A stretch of 64,000 nt of DNA from Aureliella sp. (GCA_963691875.1 OY829846.1:352001-416000); one strand, 5' to 3'. Positions 41,106-52,138 are shown, counted from the first letter of the stretch. Program-made: numbers and translations. The notes: generated by a model from the sequence alone, not told the origin.

Positions 41106-43694
41106 ATGCGACTGTCTCTCTCTGTTTTCTTGTTCACTCTGGCGTTTGCGGGTGTCTCTGCGGGTGCTGAATCGTCGCGCCTTTTCGGCGAGATGCCGGA
41201 GAAGCACTTTGCGGTCTTTGATAAGTACTGCCTCGATTGTCACGACTCATTAACCGAGAAGGGCAGCGTGAACTTGGAGGATCTTCCCTTCACGATGGAT
41301 TCCGTCGAATCGGCGGAACGCTGGCAGAAAGTGCTCAATTCCTTGAACTCGGGGGAGATGCCACCCGACGACAAAAAGCAGCTCACAGACGAAGAGAAGA
41401 CAGAGTTTCTTGCCGATCTTTCGAATCAACTCGTCGTGGCACGCGACGCTCTCGCCGACAGTGGCGGCGTCATCACGATGCGCCGGCTCAACCGTCGCGA
41501 ATACGAAAATACGATCGAAGATTTGCTGGGTGTCAGGATTCATGTTGGGGATCTCCCGGATGAGACCGGTTCCGGGAGTTTTGATACCGATGGATCGTCC
41601 CTGTTCTTTTCCAGTGATCAGCTCGAGACCTACCTGAGGCTCGCCGAGCATGCGCTCGACTTTGCGATGGAAGGAGGCAAGAAGCCCAATGTGGCGAAGA
41701 AGAGGGTGCAGACCGAGGACCTCATGATGGCTCGAATGCAGGACGCGATCCTGAAGATTGGGGAAGAGTATTTTGAGAAGGCATACCCCAAGGGCAAGAT
41801 TCCTTCTCATCCCAGCATCGAGGAGATGCAGAAGGCGCTCGAGAGGAGGAAGAGCTATCGTTGGGCCAATCACGAAGCCTGGCTCGCGAATCCGGCCTCG
41901 AGGACGGGAACGCCGCTCTACAATCTGTTCATTGACTTCGCGCTGCCGGATGTCCGCCTGCCTTATGATGGGGTGAAGCAAACGTTCAAGATTCGCATCC
42001 GGGCAGCGCTGCTGCAGGATGACCTGCCGGAGTTTCGAGCCTATCTCGAATACGGAAGTGGCAGCGATGGCTCACGGAAGGGAGAGCTCAACGTCGCCGG
42101 TTTCAAAAAGATTACCGGGACGATGGAAGAGCCTCAGATCCTGGAATTTGACTACATTCCACAGGACGCCGCGGGTCTGCGGTTTTCGGTTCGCGAACGG
42201 CACATCAATCAGAAAAATGCCGCGAAGGTCTTCTTTCGGGATGTCTATTTCGATGAAGAAAATGGCGGTGTCGGACCACCTCCCGCGATCTGGGTCGATT
42301 GGATCGAATGGGAAGGACCGATGATCGAGGAATGGCCGCCCGCTCCCTACCAGAAGCTCTTCATTCTACGAAAGGAAAACCAGACCACGGAGCAGTATCA
42401 CCGGGCGGTGTTGGTCAATTTTGCGAAGCGGGCGTTCCGGACCAAAGAGCCGTCGAGCGAATTTATCGATAAGTTGATGGTGCGCTACGGTGAAGATGTT
42501 GAGGGAGGGGCTGATCCGAAGAAGGCGCTGAAGGATCAATTCGCTATCGTCCTGACATCCCCTGAATTTCTTTACCTGAATGAGCCGACGCACGGCGAAG
42601 AGCACCGAGAGCTGAACGATGTTGAGCTGGCGGTTCGGCTTTCCTATTTTCTCTGGAGCTCTCCCCCGGACGAAACCTTGCTCGCGTTGGCGGAGCAGGG
42701 GAAGCTCAAGGATCGGAAGGAGCTCCGGAAGCAAACGCTTCGCCTGCTGCGGGATCCCAAGGCGGAGAGCTTCATCGAAGGGTTCGTTCACCAGTGGCTT
42801 CACATGGAGCGACTCGATTTCTTCCAATTCAACTACGAGACCTTTCCGCGTTATGATGACAGCTTAAAGGAGGCGGGCCGGGAAGAGGTGTATCAGACCA
42901 TCCTGGATGTGGTTCGTGAGGAACGTCCGATCGGGGAGTTTCTGAAATCCGATCACGTCGTGATCAACGATATTCTTGCCGGGCACTATGGCATCGACGG
43001 CGTCGAAGGAGAACACTATCGCCGCGTGTCGGTTCCGGACGGATTGCCGCGAGGCGGGTTCATGGGAATGACTGCCGTCATGGCGATGGGCTCGGACGGA
43101 GAAAAGACGTCTCCTGTCGAGCGCGGTGCCTGGGTGATGCGCAACTTGCTGAATGCGGCACCTCCGCACGCACCGCCGAACGTGCCTCAGCTCAGCCGCT
43201 TTGACGGGGAAGTCATCAACGCCCGCAAGCGGCTGCTCATCCACCAGGAGGAACCGCAGTGCGCCCAGTGCCACCAGCGCATCGATCCTCTCGGTTTCGG
43301 GTTGGAGAATTTCGATGCCATTGGGCAGTGGCGGGAGAAGGAGGTAGTTCAGTTGCCGAATCCCAAATTCTCTGATCGCGAGAAGGCGGATGACCCCAAC
43401 TGGCGGGACAAGATTCCGAAGCCTCAGTTTTTTGAAATCGACCCCTCTGGAACGCTTCCGGACGGAACGCCCTTCAGTGACTTTTTCGAACTGCGGGATC
43501 GCATCTACGACCAGCGGGCAAACTTTGCCCGGGGCTTTACCGAAAACCTCATCGCCTACGCGTTGGGGCGTCCCTTAGGTTTTGCCGACGAAAAGATGGC
43601 GAACCAGATTCTGACCCGCGCCGAAGCGAATGACTTTGTCGCCACGGAGCTTATTTTAGGCGTGGTGCAGTCCAAACGATTTCGAATGAAGTGA
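41106..43694 (+). CDS. DUF1587/DUF1592/DUF1588/DUF1585 cytochrome-c domain protein
   Basis: CLDCH, MRRLNRREYENTI, ELAVRLSYFLWSSPPD, TSPVERG.WV, CAQCHQRIDPLGFGLENFDAIG. Confidence 0.95.
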   Translation: MRLSLSVFLFTLAFAGVSAGAESSRLFGEMPEKHFAVFDKYCLDCHDSLTEKGSVNLEDLPFTMDSVESAERWQKVLNSLNSGEMPPDDKKQLTDEEKTEFLADLSNQLVVARDALADSGGVITMRRLNRREYENTIEDLLGVRIHVGDLPDETGSGSFDTDGSSLFFSSDQLETYLRLAEHALDFAMEGGKKPNVAKKRVQTEDLMMARMQDAILKIGEEYFEKAYPKGKIPSHPSIEEMQKALERRKSYRWANHEAWLANPASRTGTPLYNLFIDFALPDVRLPYDGVKQTFKIRIRAALLQDDLPEFRAYLEYGSGSDGSRKGELNVAGFKKITGTMEEPQILEFDYIPQDAAGLRFSVRERHINQKNAAKVFFRDVYFDEENGGVGPPPAIWVDWIEWEGPMIEEWPPAPYQKLFILRKENQTTEQYHRAVLVNFAKRAFRTKEPSSEFIDKLMVRYGEDVEGGADPKKALKDQFAIVLTSPEFLYLNEPTHGEEHRELNDVELAVRLSYFLWSSPPDETLLALAEQGKLKDRKELRKQTLRLLRDPKAESFIEGFVHQWLHMERLDFFQFNYETFPRYDDSLKEAGREEVYQTILDVVREERPIGEFLKSDHVVINDILAGHYGIDGVEGEHYRRVSVPDGLPRGGFMGMTAVMAMGSDGEKTSPVERGAWVMRNLLNAAPPHAPPNVPQLSRFDGEVINARKRLLIHQEEPQCAQCHQRIDPLGFGLENFDAIGQWREKEVVQLPNPKFSDREKADDPNWRDKIPKPQFFEIDPSGTLPDGTPFSDFFELRDRIYDQRANFARGFTENLIAYALGRPLGFADEKMANQILTRAEANDFVATELILGVVQSKRFRMK

Positions 43695-43701
43695 TTGATT
43701 C

Positions 43702-44985
43702 ATGAATAGCTCACGAAGAACTTTCCTCAGAAGTGGCAGCACGATGCTGGCGCTCCCTGCTCTCGAGTCACTCGGGTTCACTCGCTTCGCCAAGGCGGCG
43801 GCGCCGGCGAAAGCGCCCAAGCGCATGGTGTTTCTCTCCATGGGGTGGGGCGTGACCAAGGAGACTTGGTTTCCGAAGGTCGATCAGGTGGGAGCGAATT
43901 ACGAATTGCCGGAAAGCCTCAGTCCTCTGGCAGACCATCGAGGTGATATCACGATCATCCAGAACCTGATGCACCAGTTCTCCAACGAAGCGCACTGGGG
44001 GAGCACGATGTGGCTGACGGGTGCGAATCGCTATGCGGTTCCCGGCCAGAGTTTTCACAACACGATTTCCGTGGATCAGGTCGCCGCAAAGCAGTTCGGC
44101 CAGGAGACACGTTTCAATTCGCTGCAGTTCGCAGGAAAAAGCGCAGAAGGACACGGTGGGCCATTGTCCTGGAACCAACAGGGCAAACCACTTTCTTCTC
44201 TGGAAACTCCGGTGGCTGCCTTTCACCGGCTGTTCTCGCAGGCCGACACACCACTCGAGGAGCGCCAGGCGATGCTGAGAAAGCAGCGCAGTGTTCTTGA
44301 TAGTGTCAGATCAAGCGCGAAGTCCGTGCAGAAGGGGCTCACCCAAACGGACGTCGACAAGCTCGACGAATACTTCCAGTCGATCCGCGAAATTGAGATT
44401 CGCCTTTCCAAGGAAGAAGCGTGGATGGAAATCCCGAAACGCCAGCCAACGGATCCTGTCAAAGAACCGGATGCCAGCATCGAAGGTTACGAGGAGATCA
44501 AGTTGATGTACGACTTCATGATCGCAGCGATGCAGGTCGATGCGACGCGACTCTTCACCTATTGCATGCCGACCGATACGCTGGTTCAGAGTCTCGGAGC
44601 CACCATGAGTTCCCACAACATGAGCCACTACTCTTCCGAAGGGGGAGAGAAGAAGGAGGTCTCCATTCAGCGTGACCAGGCCCACGCACGATTGCTGGCC
44701 TACTTTATCGATCGGCTCAAGGCATCGAAAGAAGCCGATGGCAGTTCACTCTACGACAACACCGTGGCGACTTTCGGCAGCAACATCAGTTCGATCCATT
44801 ACCTGACCAATTGCCCAACGCTCATCACCGGCGGAGGCGCCGGCGTTCAACACGGGCGACATCTTGTGATGCCGGATCCTAAGACACCTTTGTGCAATCT
44901 CTGGCTCAGTCTGCTGAATGGTGTTGGGGTTGAGACGGACAGTTTTGGGGATAGCAATGGGATGATCGAGGGATTGGTTGGGTAG
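43702..44985 (+). CDS. DUF1552 family protein
   Basis: SRRTFLR..LALPALES, ISVDQVAA, SVLD, KLDEYFQSIREIE, TPLCNLWLSLL. Confidence 0.95.
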   Translation: MNSSRRTFLRSGSTMLALPALESLGFTRFAKAAAPAKAPKRMVFLSMGWGVTKETWFPKVDQVGANYELPESLSPLADHRGDITIIQNLMHQFSNEAHWGSTMWLTGANRYAVPGQSFHNTISVDQVAAKQFGQETRFNSLQFAGKSAEGHGGPLSWNQQGKPLSSLETPVAAFHRLFSQADTPLEERQAMLRKQRSVLDSVRSSAKSVQKGLTQTDVDKLDEYFQSIREIEIRLSKEEAWMEIPKRQPTDPVKEPDASIEGYEEIKLMYDFMIAAMQVDATRLFTYCMPTDTLVQSLGATMSSHNMSHYSSEGGEKKEVSIQRDQAHARLLAYFIDRLKASKEADGSSLYDNTVATFGSNISSIHYLTNCPTLITGGGAGVQHGRHLVMPDPKTPLCNLWLSLLNGVGVETDSFGDSNGMIEGLVG

Positions 44986-44996
44986 GCCAAACGCGT

Positions 44997-45330
44997 TCAC
45001 TGTTTCATCAACTCCACCATCGCCTTGCCCATCGCTTCGCCGACATTCATATAAGTCTCGGCATTGCCGCCATAGTGGGCGCCCGAGCTGCCGCCTTTGG
45101 AAAGCGGATGTGTGTAAACCGCGGCGACGTTGCCTTTGAACTCGGGGTATTTCCCGGAGCCGCCATCGACGGAGAGCATGGCGTCGAGGATCTTTCCTCC
45201 GCCGTTGGTCGCTCCTTTTTCGGTTTGTCCGAGAGAGGCGCAGACGAAGTTGGCATTCGGGGCGTCGAACTCTTTGCGCAGCTGCTTGATCAGGTTCACG
45301 AGGTTGTGTTCGTAGCGACGGGAAAGTGCT
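44997..45330 (-). pseudogene. C-terminal fragment of a sialate O-acetylesterase (SASA)-like protein
   Basis: RYEHNLVNLIKQLRKEF.AP...FVCASLG..HYGGNAETYMNVGEAMGKAMVEL with no N-terminus. Confidence 0.75.
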
Positions 45331-45442
45331 TCGTGACGCCGTGGGCTATTGGATCAAACCCGTTCGCCGCCTTTGGCCCGTAAAAGTGGATAAAAATGTG
45401 GGTAATTTGATTCCCACCGGGAGTATCACTTTTGGACAAACC

Positions 45443-47200
45443 ATGAATCACTTCAGCATTTTCTCTCTCTTTGGCATTTGGCTCGCCATTTCCTCGTCAG
45501 TTTGGGCTGAAGATCAGCCGCTCAAGGAGTGGAACGACGTGACCTTTGCCGAGCCTGAGACGGGGGCGCTGGCACTGGATGTCATTCGGCCGGATGACGG
45601 CGAGCTGCGACCTGCCGTGCTCTGCCTGCACGGAGGTTTCTGGGTTAAGGGCACCCGCAAGAACATTCGCCCGCTCGCTGAGGAGTTCGCAAAGCGAGGT
45701 TATGTTGGAGTGGCGTCGTCCTATCGGCTGACGGGGGTTGCGCCCTATCCGGCTCAGATTGACGATACCCGGGCGGCAATTCGTTATCTGCGGGAGAATG
45801 CGGCGAAATATGGGATCGATCCCGATCGCATCGGGGTGACCGGCTCCTCGGCGGGAGGATTCCTCGCGGTGCTGGCTGCGACCGAAAACAGCAGCGAAGC
45901 CATCGAGCGTCCCAACGCGGCGGTGGGAATGGGCGCACAGAGCGACTTGACGGCGACTCACCTTCAAAATGTGGATTCGGGGAAGTCAGCGGAGAACTGG
46001 ACCAGGTTCATGGGCGGTATCTACCGGGACGTTCCGGGGAACTACGCGGTCGCATCACCCCTGAAACATTTGTCTGGCGACGATGTGCCAGTGGCCATTG
46101 TCTGCGGGGAGTTCGATCACGAGTCCACGCGAGCGGAACGCTTTCGCCAGGAAGCCTTTCGATTGGGCATTCCGACGGGATTGACCGTGATTCCGGGCGC
46201 GCCTCATGGCCTGCTGGCGAAGGAGGAACATCGCACTGCGGCTGTGGATGCGGTGGATGCGTTTTTTCAGAAATATCTCGGGACGGAAAAAACCGGCCGC
46301 GTGCCTGTGGTCGTGGAATCGGAGAAGGGCGTGGAATTGGGCATTGAATCTCTCGCGGATGAATGGCTTCGACTCGGCGGTGGCTACAGCGGCTGCGAAG
46401 GCGTCCAATGGCTGAAGCCGGAAGAGGGCCGTGAAGCGGAATTGATTTTCGCGGCCCATCATGATCATCTGCTTTTCCGATGGTCTGAATCTGGAGGACT
46501 GCGGCTGTGGAAAGAAGGTACACCGGAAACCAGTTCGATCCGGCCCGCGAAGGAGGGGATGTTTGCGCTGGAACAAACAACGCGTCGCCTTGTGAGAATG
46601 ACCTCGAAGAACAATGAGGTAGAGGTGCTTGCCGAACAGTTTGAAGGAAAGCGGCTGAATCGTCCCAATGATCTTCGCATTCGACCCGGGAAGGGGACGG
46701 TCTGGTTTACGGATCCGAACTATTTATTCAGGCAGCGCCCGCTGGAGACCCAGGAGTTGCCCGGTCAGTGGGTGTTCCGTTATGATCCGTCTGTCGAAGG
46801 TGAGGAGGCACTGACCGCTCCGATTCGGGACCTGGCGATTCCCAACGGAATTGCTTTCAACGGCAGCGGCACGCGTCTGTTTGTGGGAGATTCCAGGGCG
46901 AGAAAAGTGATGGGGTATGACATTGCGAAGAATGGTCAGATTGTTGGGGAGCCGGAGGTGGTCGCTTCATTTTCGAAGGGAATTGACGGAATTTCTCTCG
47001 CTCCTGATGGACGTCTCTGGGTCGCGACACGGACCGGAGTTTCCATCATCACCCAGCAGGGGCAGACGGTGGGTTTCCTCCCGATGCCAGGTCCGTGCAC
47101 GTCGACGGATTTTGTCGCCGATGGCGATTTTCACTGGGTGGCCCTAAGTACGCGAGAGGCTGCCCACGTCGTGAAGATGCGTTTCGCCGGGGCGAAGTGA
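45443..47200 (+). CDS. Fusion of an alpha/beta hydrolase (BD-FAE-like) and an SMP-30/gluconolactonase
   Basis: LHGGFW, GSSAGG, GAPHG, then GKRLNRPNDL, WFTDP, PNGIAF, DGI. Confidence 0.9.
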   Translation: MNHFSIFSLFGIWLAISSSVWAEDQPLKEWNDVTFAEPETGALALDVIRPDDGELRPAVLCLHGGFWVKGTRKNIRPLAEEFAKRGYVGVASSYRLTGVAPYPAQIDDTRAAIRYLRENAAKYGIDPDRIGVTGSSAGGFLAVLAATENSSEAIERPNAAVGMGAQSDLTATHLQNVDSGKSAENWTRFMGGIYRDVPGNYAVASPLKHLSGDDVPVAIVCGEFDHESTRAERFRQEAFRLGIPTGLTVIPGAPHGLLAKEEHRTAAVDAVDAFFQKYLGTEKTGRVPVVVESEKGVELGIESLADEWLRLGGGYSGCEGVQWLKPEEGREAELIFAAHHDHLLFRWSESGGLRLWKEGTPETSSIRPAKEGMFALEQTTRRLVRMTSKNNEVEVLAEQFEGKRLNRPNDLRIRPGKGTVWFTDPNYLFRQRPLETQELPGQWVFRYDPSVEGEEALTAPIRDLAIPNGIAFNGSGTRLFVGDSRARKVMGYDIAKNGQIVGEPEVVASFSKGIDGISLAPDGRLWVATRTGVSIITQQGQTVGFLPMPGPCTSTDFVADGDFHWVALSTREAAHVVKMRFAGAK

Positions 47201-47248
47201 GCGAAGGAAAATCTCAACCTATTCAGCTTTTTAAAAACCAAAAAAACT

Positions 47249-48454
47249 ATGAGCGATCCAACGAACCCAATTTCATCCTTATCCCGCCGCCAGTTCACTC
47301 GTGGCGGCATCGCTACCGCCCTCGCTGCTGGCGTAGCTCCATCTTTTCATCAGGTTATGGCTCAGGGCGGTGGCAAAAAACTGGGCCTCGCCATTGTGGG
47401 GCTAGGAGGGTATGCCACCGGTAATATTGCTCCGGAGGTCGCTTCTTGTGAACACGTCACCCTGGCCGGCGTCGTGACCGGCAACCCGGACACGAAGGGC
47501 AAAGAGTGGGCCGCGCAGTATGGCTTCCCCGCGGACGCAATCTATACCTACGACACCGTCGATAAAATCGCTGCCGACGACCGAATCGATATGGTCCACA
47601 TCGCACTGCCGAATTCCATGCACGCCGAGTTTGCGATCAAGTGCGCCAGGGCCGGCAAACACGTCATGGTGGAAAAGCCCATGGCGATCTCCAGTGAGGA
47701 ATGTGAAGCGATGATCGCTCCGGCAAAGGAAGCGGGCGTTCTGCTCGGAGTGAATTACCGTCTCCACTGGGAGCCGCATCACGTCAAAGCGATTGAGTTG
47801 GTGGCCAAGGGTGTCATCGGCGACATCGCCTGCGGCAACTACGAGTTCTCCTGGGGCTATGCCGGGGCCTTGATGGGCCCTAACAAAGACAAGATCAAGA
47901 AGTGGCTGCTCGACCCGAAGATGGCCGGTGGCGGCGCGCTTTTTGATACAGGCGTTTATCCGATCCAGGCGGCTTGCTATTTGACCGGAAAAGAGCCGGT
48001 CTCGGTGCGAGGTTTTGCTTCCAAGGTGCACCCGGAGTTGTTCCCCGACGGCGTCGAAGAAACGATGAGTTTCGAAATGCTCTTCGACGATGGCTTCCAG
48101 GCATTGTGCCGGGCCAGCTACAGTCAGAGTTATCACCAGTGCACCACCTTGGGGAACAAGGGTGCGATCGAGATTCGAGGTGGTCTTCGTGAGGACGGTC
48201 GTCCCGGCAACGTATTTACTCAGTCGAATGGTACGCCGAACCCGAAGTTGCTGTTCCACAATCGCCGGGAGATCAAAGCCAGGCAGACCCTGCAGCAGGC
48301 CACGCTGCTCGATGCCTTTGCGACAACGATTAAGAAGGGCGACAAGACATTCAAGACTCCCGGCGAAATGGGCCTGCGAGACATCCGTATTGCGGAGAAG
48401 GTCTACGAATCCGCGGCCAAAGGTGGTATGAGCGTGGAGGTCCAGGCGCTATGA
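47249..48454 (+). CDS. Gfo/Idh/MocA oxidoreductase (glucose-fructose oxidoreductase-like, Tat signal)
   Basis: SRRQF, AIVGLGGYA, LPNSMHAE, GKHVMVEKPMA, GGGAL.D.G.Y. Confidence 0.95.
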   Translation: MSDPTNPISSLSRRQFTRGGIATALAAGVAPSFHQVMAQGGGKKLGLAIVGLGGYATGNIAPEVASCEHVTLAGVVTGNPDTKGKEWAAQYGFPADAIYTYDTVDKIAADDRIDMVHIALPNSMHAEFAIKCARAGKHVMVEKPMAISSEECEAMIAPAKEAGVLLGVNYRLHWEPHHVKAIELVAKGVIGDIACGNYEFSWGYAGALMGPNKDKIKKWLLDPKMAGGGALFDTGVYPIQAACYLTGKEPVSVRGFASKVHPELFPDGVEETMSFEMLFDDGFQALCRASYSQSYHQCTTLGNKGAIEIRGGLREDGRPGNVFTQSNGTPNPKLLFHNRREIKARQTLQQATLLDAFATTIKKGDKTFKTPGEMGLRDIRIAEKVYESAAKGGMSVEVQAL

Positions 48455-49932
48455 TTAAGAAACTTGTTTATCTACTTTGCGTCTTCGGAGGCGTCCTTTC
48501 GTCACACGCGGCAGACCGACCCAATGTGCTTTTCATCATGGCAGATGACCTGCGTCCGCAGCTGGGGAGTTATGGTGACCCGGTCGTGAAGACGCCTCGC
48601 CTCGATGCCTTTGCGGAGGAGTCGCTGCGATTCAATCGGGCCTACGTGCAGAGTGCCGTCTGCAGCCCTTCGCGCAATTCCATGATGAGCGGACTACGGC
48701 CCAACACGACGGGACTCCGTGGCTTCGGCGTGCACTTGCGCGACGCGGTGCCGGATGTGGTGACGCTGCCGCAGTATTTTAAGGAGAACGGCTATCACTC
48801 TCAGGCCTTTGGTAAGATCTATCACATCTACGACGAGTCGATGCTGGGCGATGAAAATGATCCGGAATCCTGGAGTGTTCCCTTGCAGTGGCCCTCGGTT
48901 CACGTCTGGGGACCGGAGCAGAATGCGCTTCGCAACCGCTTGATCGCAGAAGCGCGTGCGGCGGGAGAAGCCTTTGATCATCCTCACGATTGGCCTCGCG
49001 CCGAAACCTGGGACGACAGCGATGTGCCGGACGAAAAAATGCAGGACGGCGAGACCGCGTTGATGGCGGCGGATTTTCTCAAGTCGCGGATGGACAATGA
49101 GGAACCCTTCTTTCTGGCAGTGGGCTTTCTGCGCCCGCATTTGCCCTTCAATGCGCCGAAGAAGTACTGGGAACTCTACGAGCCGGAGACCATCGAGTTG
49201 CCCACCTTTCGCGATCTTCCCGAAGGCGCGCCGAAGTGGGCGGTGTCTCAGGGGATCGTGGCGAACTACCACAACATGCCGGCATTTGAGAGCATCGATG
49301 AGGCCTTTTTGAAGCGTTATATTCAAGCCTACCTGGCCTGCATCAGCTACGTGGATGCCTGCTTCGGCCGGGTAATTGATGCTTTGGAAGCTTCCGGGCA
49401 CGCCGACAACACGATCATCGTGTTTGTCGGGGATCACGGCTATCAGATGGGCGAATACGATTCCTGGGGGCATAAGCACTCCAACTTTGAGATTTCTACG
49501 AGGGTGCCACTGCTCATGAAGGTGCCTGGAATGGAGCGGGCAGGCGAGGTGTATGAGGAACCGATGGAGTGCCTCGATCTCTATCCCACCTTGGCGGATC
49601 TGGCAGGCCTCGAAGTCCCCGAAGGGCCGGAGGGTCAGAGCCTGGCTGTGTTGTTTCGCGATAAGGAAGCTATCCCGGAGCGTGTCTTCGCTTGCAGCGA
49701 AATGAAGCGCAAAGGTCGGGTCGGTCGCAGTATTCGTGATCGCGATTTTCGCTACACCGAATGGCGCAATGCTTCCGGGATGATCGTCGCGCGAGAATTG
49801 TACCATCATGACGATGGTTCTTTTCTCGAGAAGGAGAATGTCATCGGGCAGGAGTCGTATCGTGATGCGATGGCAGAACTAAGGACTCAGCTACACGAAT
49901 TGGTGCCACATGAGGCTCCGGAAGGAAAATAG
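48451..49932 (+). CDS. Sulfatase (iduronate-2-sulfatase-like)
   Basis: PNVLFIMADDLRP, CSPSR, GKIYH, GFLRPHLPF, DHGY. Confidence 0.95.
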   Translation: MIKKLVYLLCVFGGVLSSHAADRPNVLFIMADDLRPQLGSYGDPVVKTPRLDAFAEESLRFNRAYVQSAVCSPSRNSMMSGLRPNTTGLRGFGVHLRDAVPDVVTLPQYFKENGYHSQAFGKIYHIYDESMLGDENDPESWSVPLQWPSVHVWGPEQNALRNRLIAEARAAGEAFDHPHDWPRAETWDDSDVPDEKMQDGETALMAADFLKSRMDNEEPFFLAVGFLRPHLPFNAPKKYWELYEPETIELPTFRDLPEGAPKWAVSQGIVANYHNMPAFESIDEAFLKRYIQAYLACISYVDACFGRVIDALEASGHADNTIIVFVGDHGYQMGEYDSWGHKHSNFEISTRVPLLMKVPGMERAGEVYEEPMECLDLYPTLADLAGLEVPEGPEGQSLAVLFRDKEAIPERVFACSEMKRKGRVGRSIRDRDFRYTEWRNASGMIVARELYHHDDGSFLEKENVIGQESYRDAMAELRTQLHELVPHEAPEGK

Positions 49933-50017
49933 AGTCTGGCTGCGGCTTCAGAGGCAAAGGCCGAGCCGTGGTTGGCGCGAGGATCGGGCTGGACGTGAAA
50001 CAGAAAATCCTAGATCA

Positions 50018-52138
50018 ATGTCAATACACTACAATCAGTTAATTTCTATCCTCCTTATTCTCGCATGCTTCGCTTTGCCTTCCCGGGCCGAGCAGCTATT
50101 TGTGGGGCCGGATGGCAAGGACACAAATCCTGGCACTTTTGCTGCCCCTTTTGCCTCCATCGAAAAGGCCCGGAACACCGTCCGGAATCTGAAGAAAAAT
50201 CAGGCGATTACGGTGTATTTTCTAAGAGGCGAATACCAAATTCAGAATCCCGTCATCTTCACAACCATGGATTCCGGCACCCCCGCCTATCCGGTGACCT
50301 ACAAGACCTGGGGCGAAGCCGGATCGGCCCGACTGACCAGCGTTCGTCGAATCAACAATTGGACTCCGGAAGGAAACGGAATTTACTCCGCCGAGTTGAC
50401 TCATCCCGTTCATGCGGTTTACGAGAACGGCACTCCCGGGATCGTTGCCCGCGAACCGGATGCCCACGAAGGAGAAGGCCGGACCGGATACTATCTCCTC
50501 GAAAACGGCGTTTCTCCTAGCAGCGTTCAATACAGGGCTGGACAATTCGCCAATTTTGACGATTCGCAGGCATCGATTCAGCTGTGGCCAGTCAACTGGC
50601 TGCATCATCATTTCCCGATCGAGGACGTCAATTATCAATCCCGTGTCATCAGTTTTACGGGAGTTCTGAACAGTCCCGGAATCCCCAACACCAGGTTCTT
50701 TCTCGAAAATGCCCGATCGTTCCTCGACCAACCCGGCGAGTTCTATGTCGATCGAAAAACAAAAACGCTTTACTACAAACCTCGAAATGAACCGATCGAT
50801 CAACAACTGATCACGTTGCCCCTTTCCAGGAGAATCCTCAGAATCGAGGGGAAGAGCCTCAGATACCCGGTCCACGATCTTCATTTCGAGGGACTCGCCC
50901 TTTCCGGCGTCGACAGACATTCGCCGGGAACACCTGGCCACGATACGCGGGGCATCAGTATCTTCAACGCCAATGGGATCGAACTACGCAAACTGCTCAT
51001 CGAAAACGCGGGAGATGATGCCATCTTTCTCTGGTCGGGAGCATCCAATATCCGGATCTCAGACTGCGGCATTCGGGGAAGTCGTTTTGGTATCCGATCG
51101 TGGTCGGAGGCACCCGAAAAGTCCTTTGTCAGCCAGGATAAACCGGTGGTTTATGATATTTCTGCACTAACCATCACTAACAACGTCCTCTGGGACATCG
51201 GGGAAACCGCGATCCATATTGGAAGCGCCAATTCAGTCGATATTGGATACAACCAAATCAGTAGTTGCCGAAGGTCGGGAATCAGCCTCTGGACTGCAAA
51301 CCAATGCAGAATCCACCACAATCAAATCAATCATGTCGCCCTCGAATTCAAGGATGTGGCCGCCGGTGTCTACGTGAACGTATTGAGCAGAGGCATAATG
51401 ATCGAGGACAATCGCATTCATGATATTTGCTTCCTGGACCATCCGGAGGGAGCTCCCAGCAAGGCGATCTATCTCGACTACGACGTCAATGCGAATATTG
51501 CCGTGAGGAGGAATGTCATCTACGGACTCGCCCCCGGAGTGAAGTCAGTAAAACTCGGCGGGCGAGGTGTCACCTATCAACACAATATTCTGGATAACCG
51601 GGGCAATCGCGGACCTTACGCAAAGCTTCAATTCTGGGGAGGCAGCAACTCCATTCGTTGGGTTCCCTGGCTGGTCGGACAGGAAAACTGGGACAAAAAC
51701 ATGAAAATTCAGGGGAATGTGTTTCTCGCGGATTCGCCAGACGACGGGGATTTCATCCACTTCAATAACAAAAAGGGCTGGGAAGACGTCATGACGATTG
51801 GGGTCCTTCAGAACACTCTTTCCGCAAGCGACCGTAATCTCTTTTACAACCCTGCCGTCGCATTGAAATCTTTTCGCCTCTGCCATTACCGGATCGAAGA
51901 CTGGCAGCGGTTCGGGGGGAAAGGCTACGATCGCAACTCGCTGTTTCAAAAGGACCCCCTGTTCAACGACCTGGAGAAAAGGGACTACACCTTTTCCCGC
52001 GAATCCCCGGCACTGGGCCTCGGAATACCTCAATTGGACGCCGCCAAGGTCGAAGGCGTAGGCCCCTCCCCAGGCTACCCCTACTTTCATCTTGTTCCCA
52101 AGAGAGGTAGCCGTGTGGCGTTAACCGTACCCTGGTAG
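50018..52138 (+). CDS. Right-handed parallel beta-helix protein
   Basis: FVGPDGKDTNPGT...PF.SI.KA, FFLENA..FLDQPGEFY, I..N.I repeats, AIYLD. Confidence 0.9.
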   Translation: MSIHYNQLISILLILACFALPSRAEQLFVGPDGKDTNPGTFAAPFASIEKARNTVRNLKKNQAITVYFLRGEYQIQNPVIFTTMDSGTPAYPVTYKTWGEAGSARLTSVRRINNWTPEGNGIYSAELTHPVHAVYENGTPGIVAREPDAHEGEGRTGYYLLENGVSPSSVQYRAGQFANFDDSQASIQLWPVNWLHHHFPIEDVNYQSRVISFTGVLNSPGIPNTRFFLENARSFLDQPGEFYVDRKTKTLYYKPRNEPIDQQLITLPLSRRILRIEGKSLRYPVHDLHFEGLALSGVDRHSPGTPGHDTRGISIFNANGIELRKLLIENAGDDAIFLWSGASNIRISDCGIRGSRFGIRSWSEAPEKSFVSQDKPVVYDISALTITNNVLWDIGETAIHIGSANSVDIGYNQISSCRRSGISLWTANQCRIHHNQINHVALEFKDVAAGVYVNVLSRGIMIEDNRIHDICFLDHPEGAPSKAIYLDYDVNANIAVRRNVIYGLAPGVKSVKLGGRGVTYQHNILDNRGNRGPYAKLQFWGGSNSIRWVPWLVGQENWDKNMKIQGNVFLADSPDDGDFIHFNNKKGWEDVMTIGVLQNTLSASDRNLFYNPAVALKSFRLCHYRIEDWQRFGGKGYDRNSLFQKDPLFNDLEKRDYTFSRESPALGLGIPQLDAAKVEGVGPSPGYPYFHLVPKRGSRVALTVPW

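Noticed and set aside
48694..49809. Long antisense ORFs (e.g. 371 aa here; also 47402-48259 and 15998-16825)
   Set aside because: They are shadows of well-supported genes on the opposite strand in GC-rich DNA.
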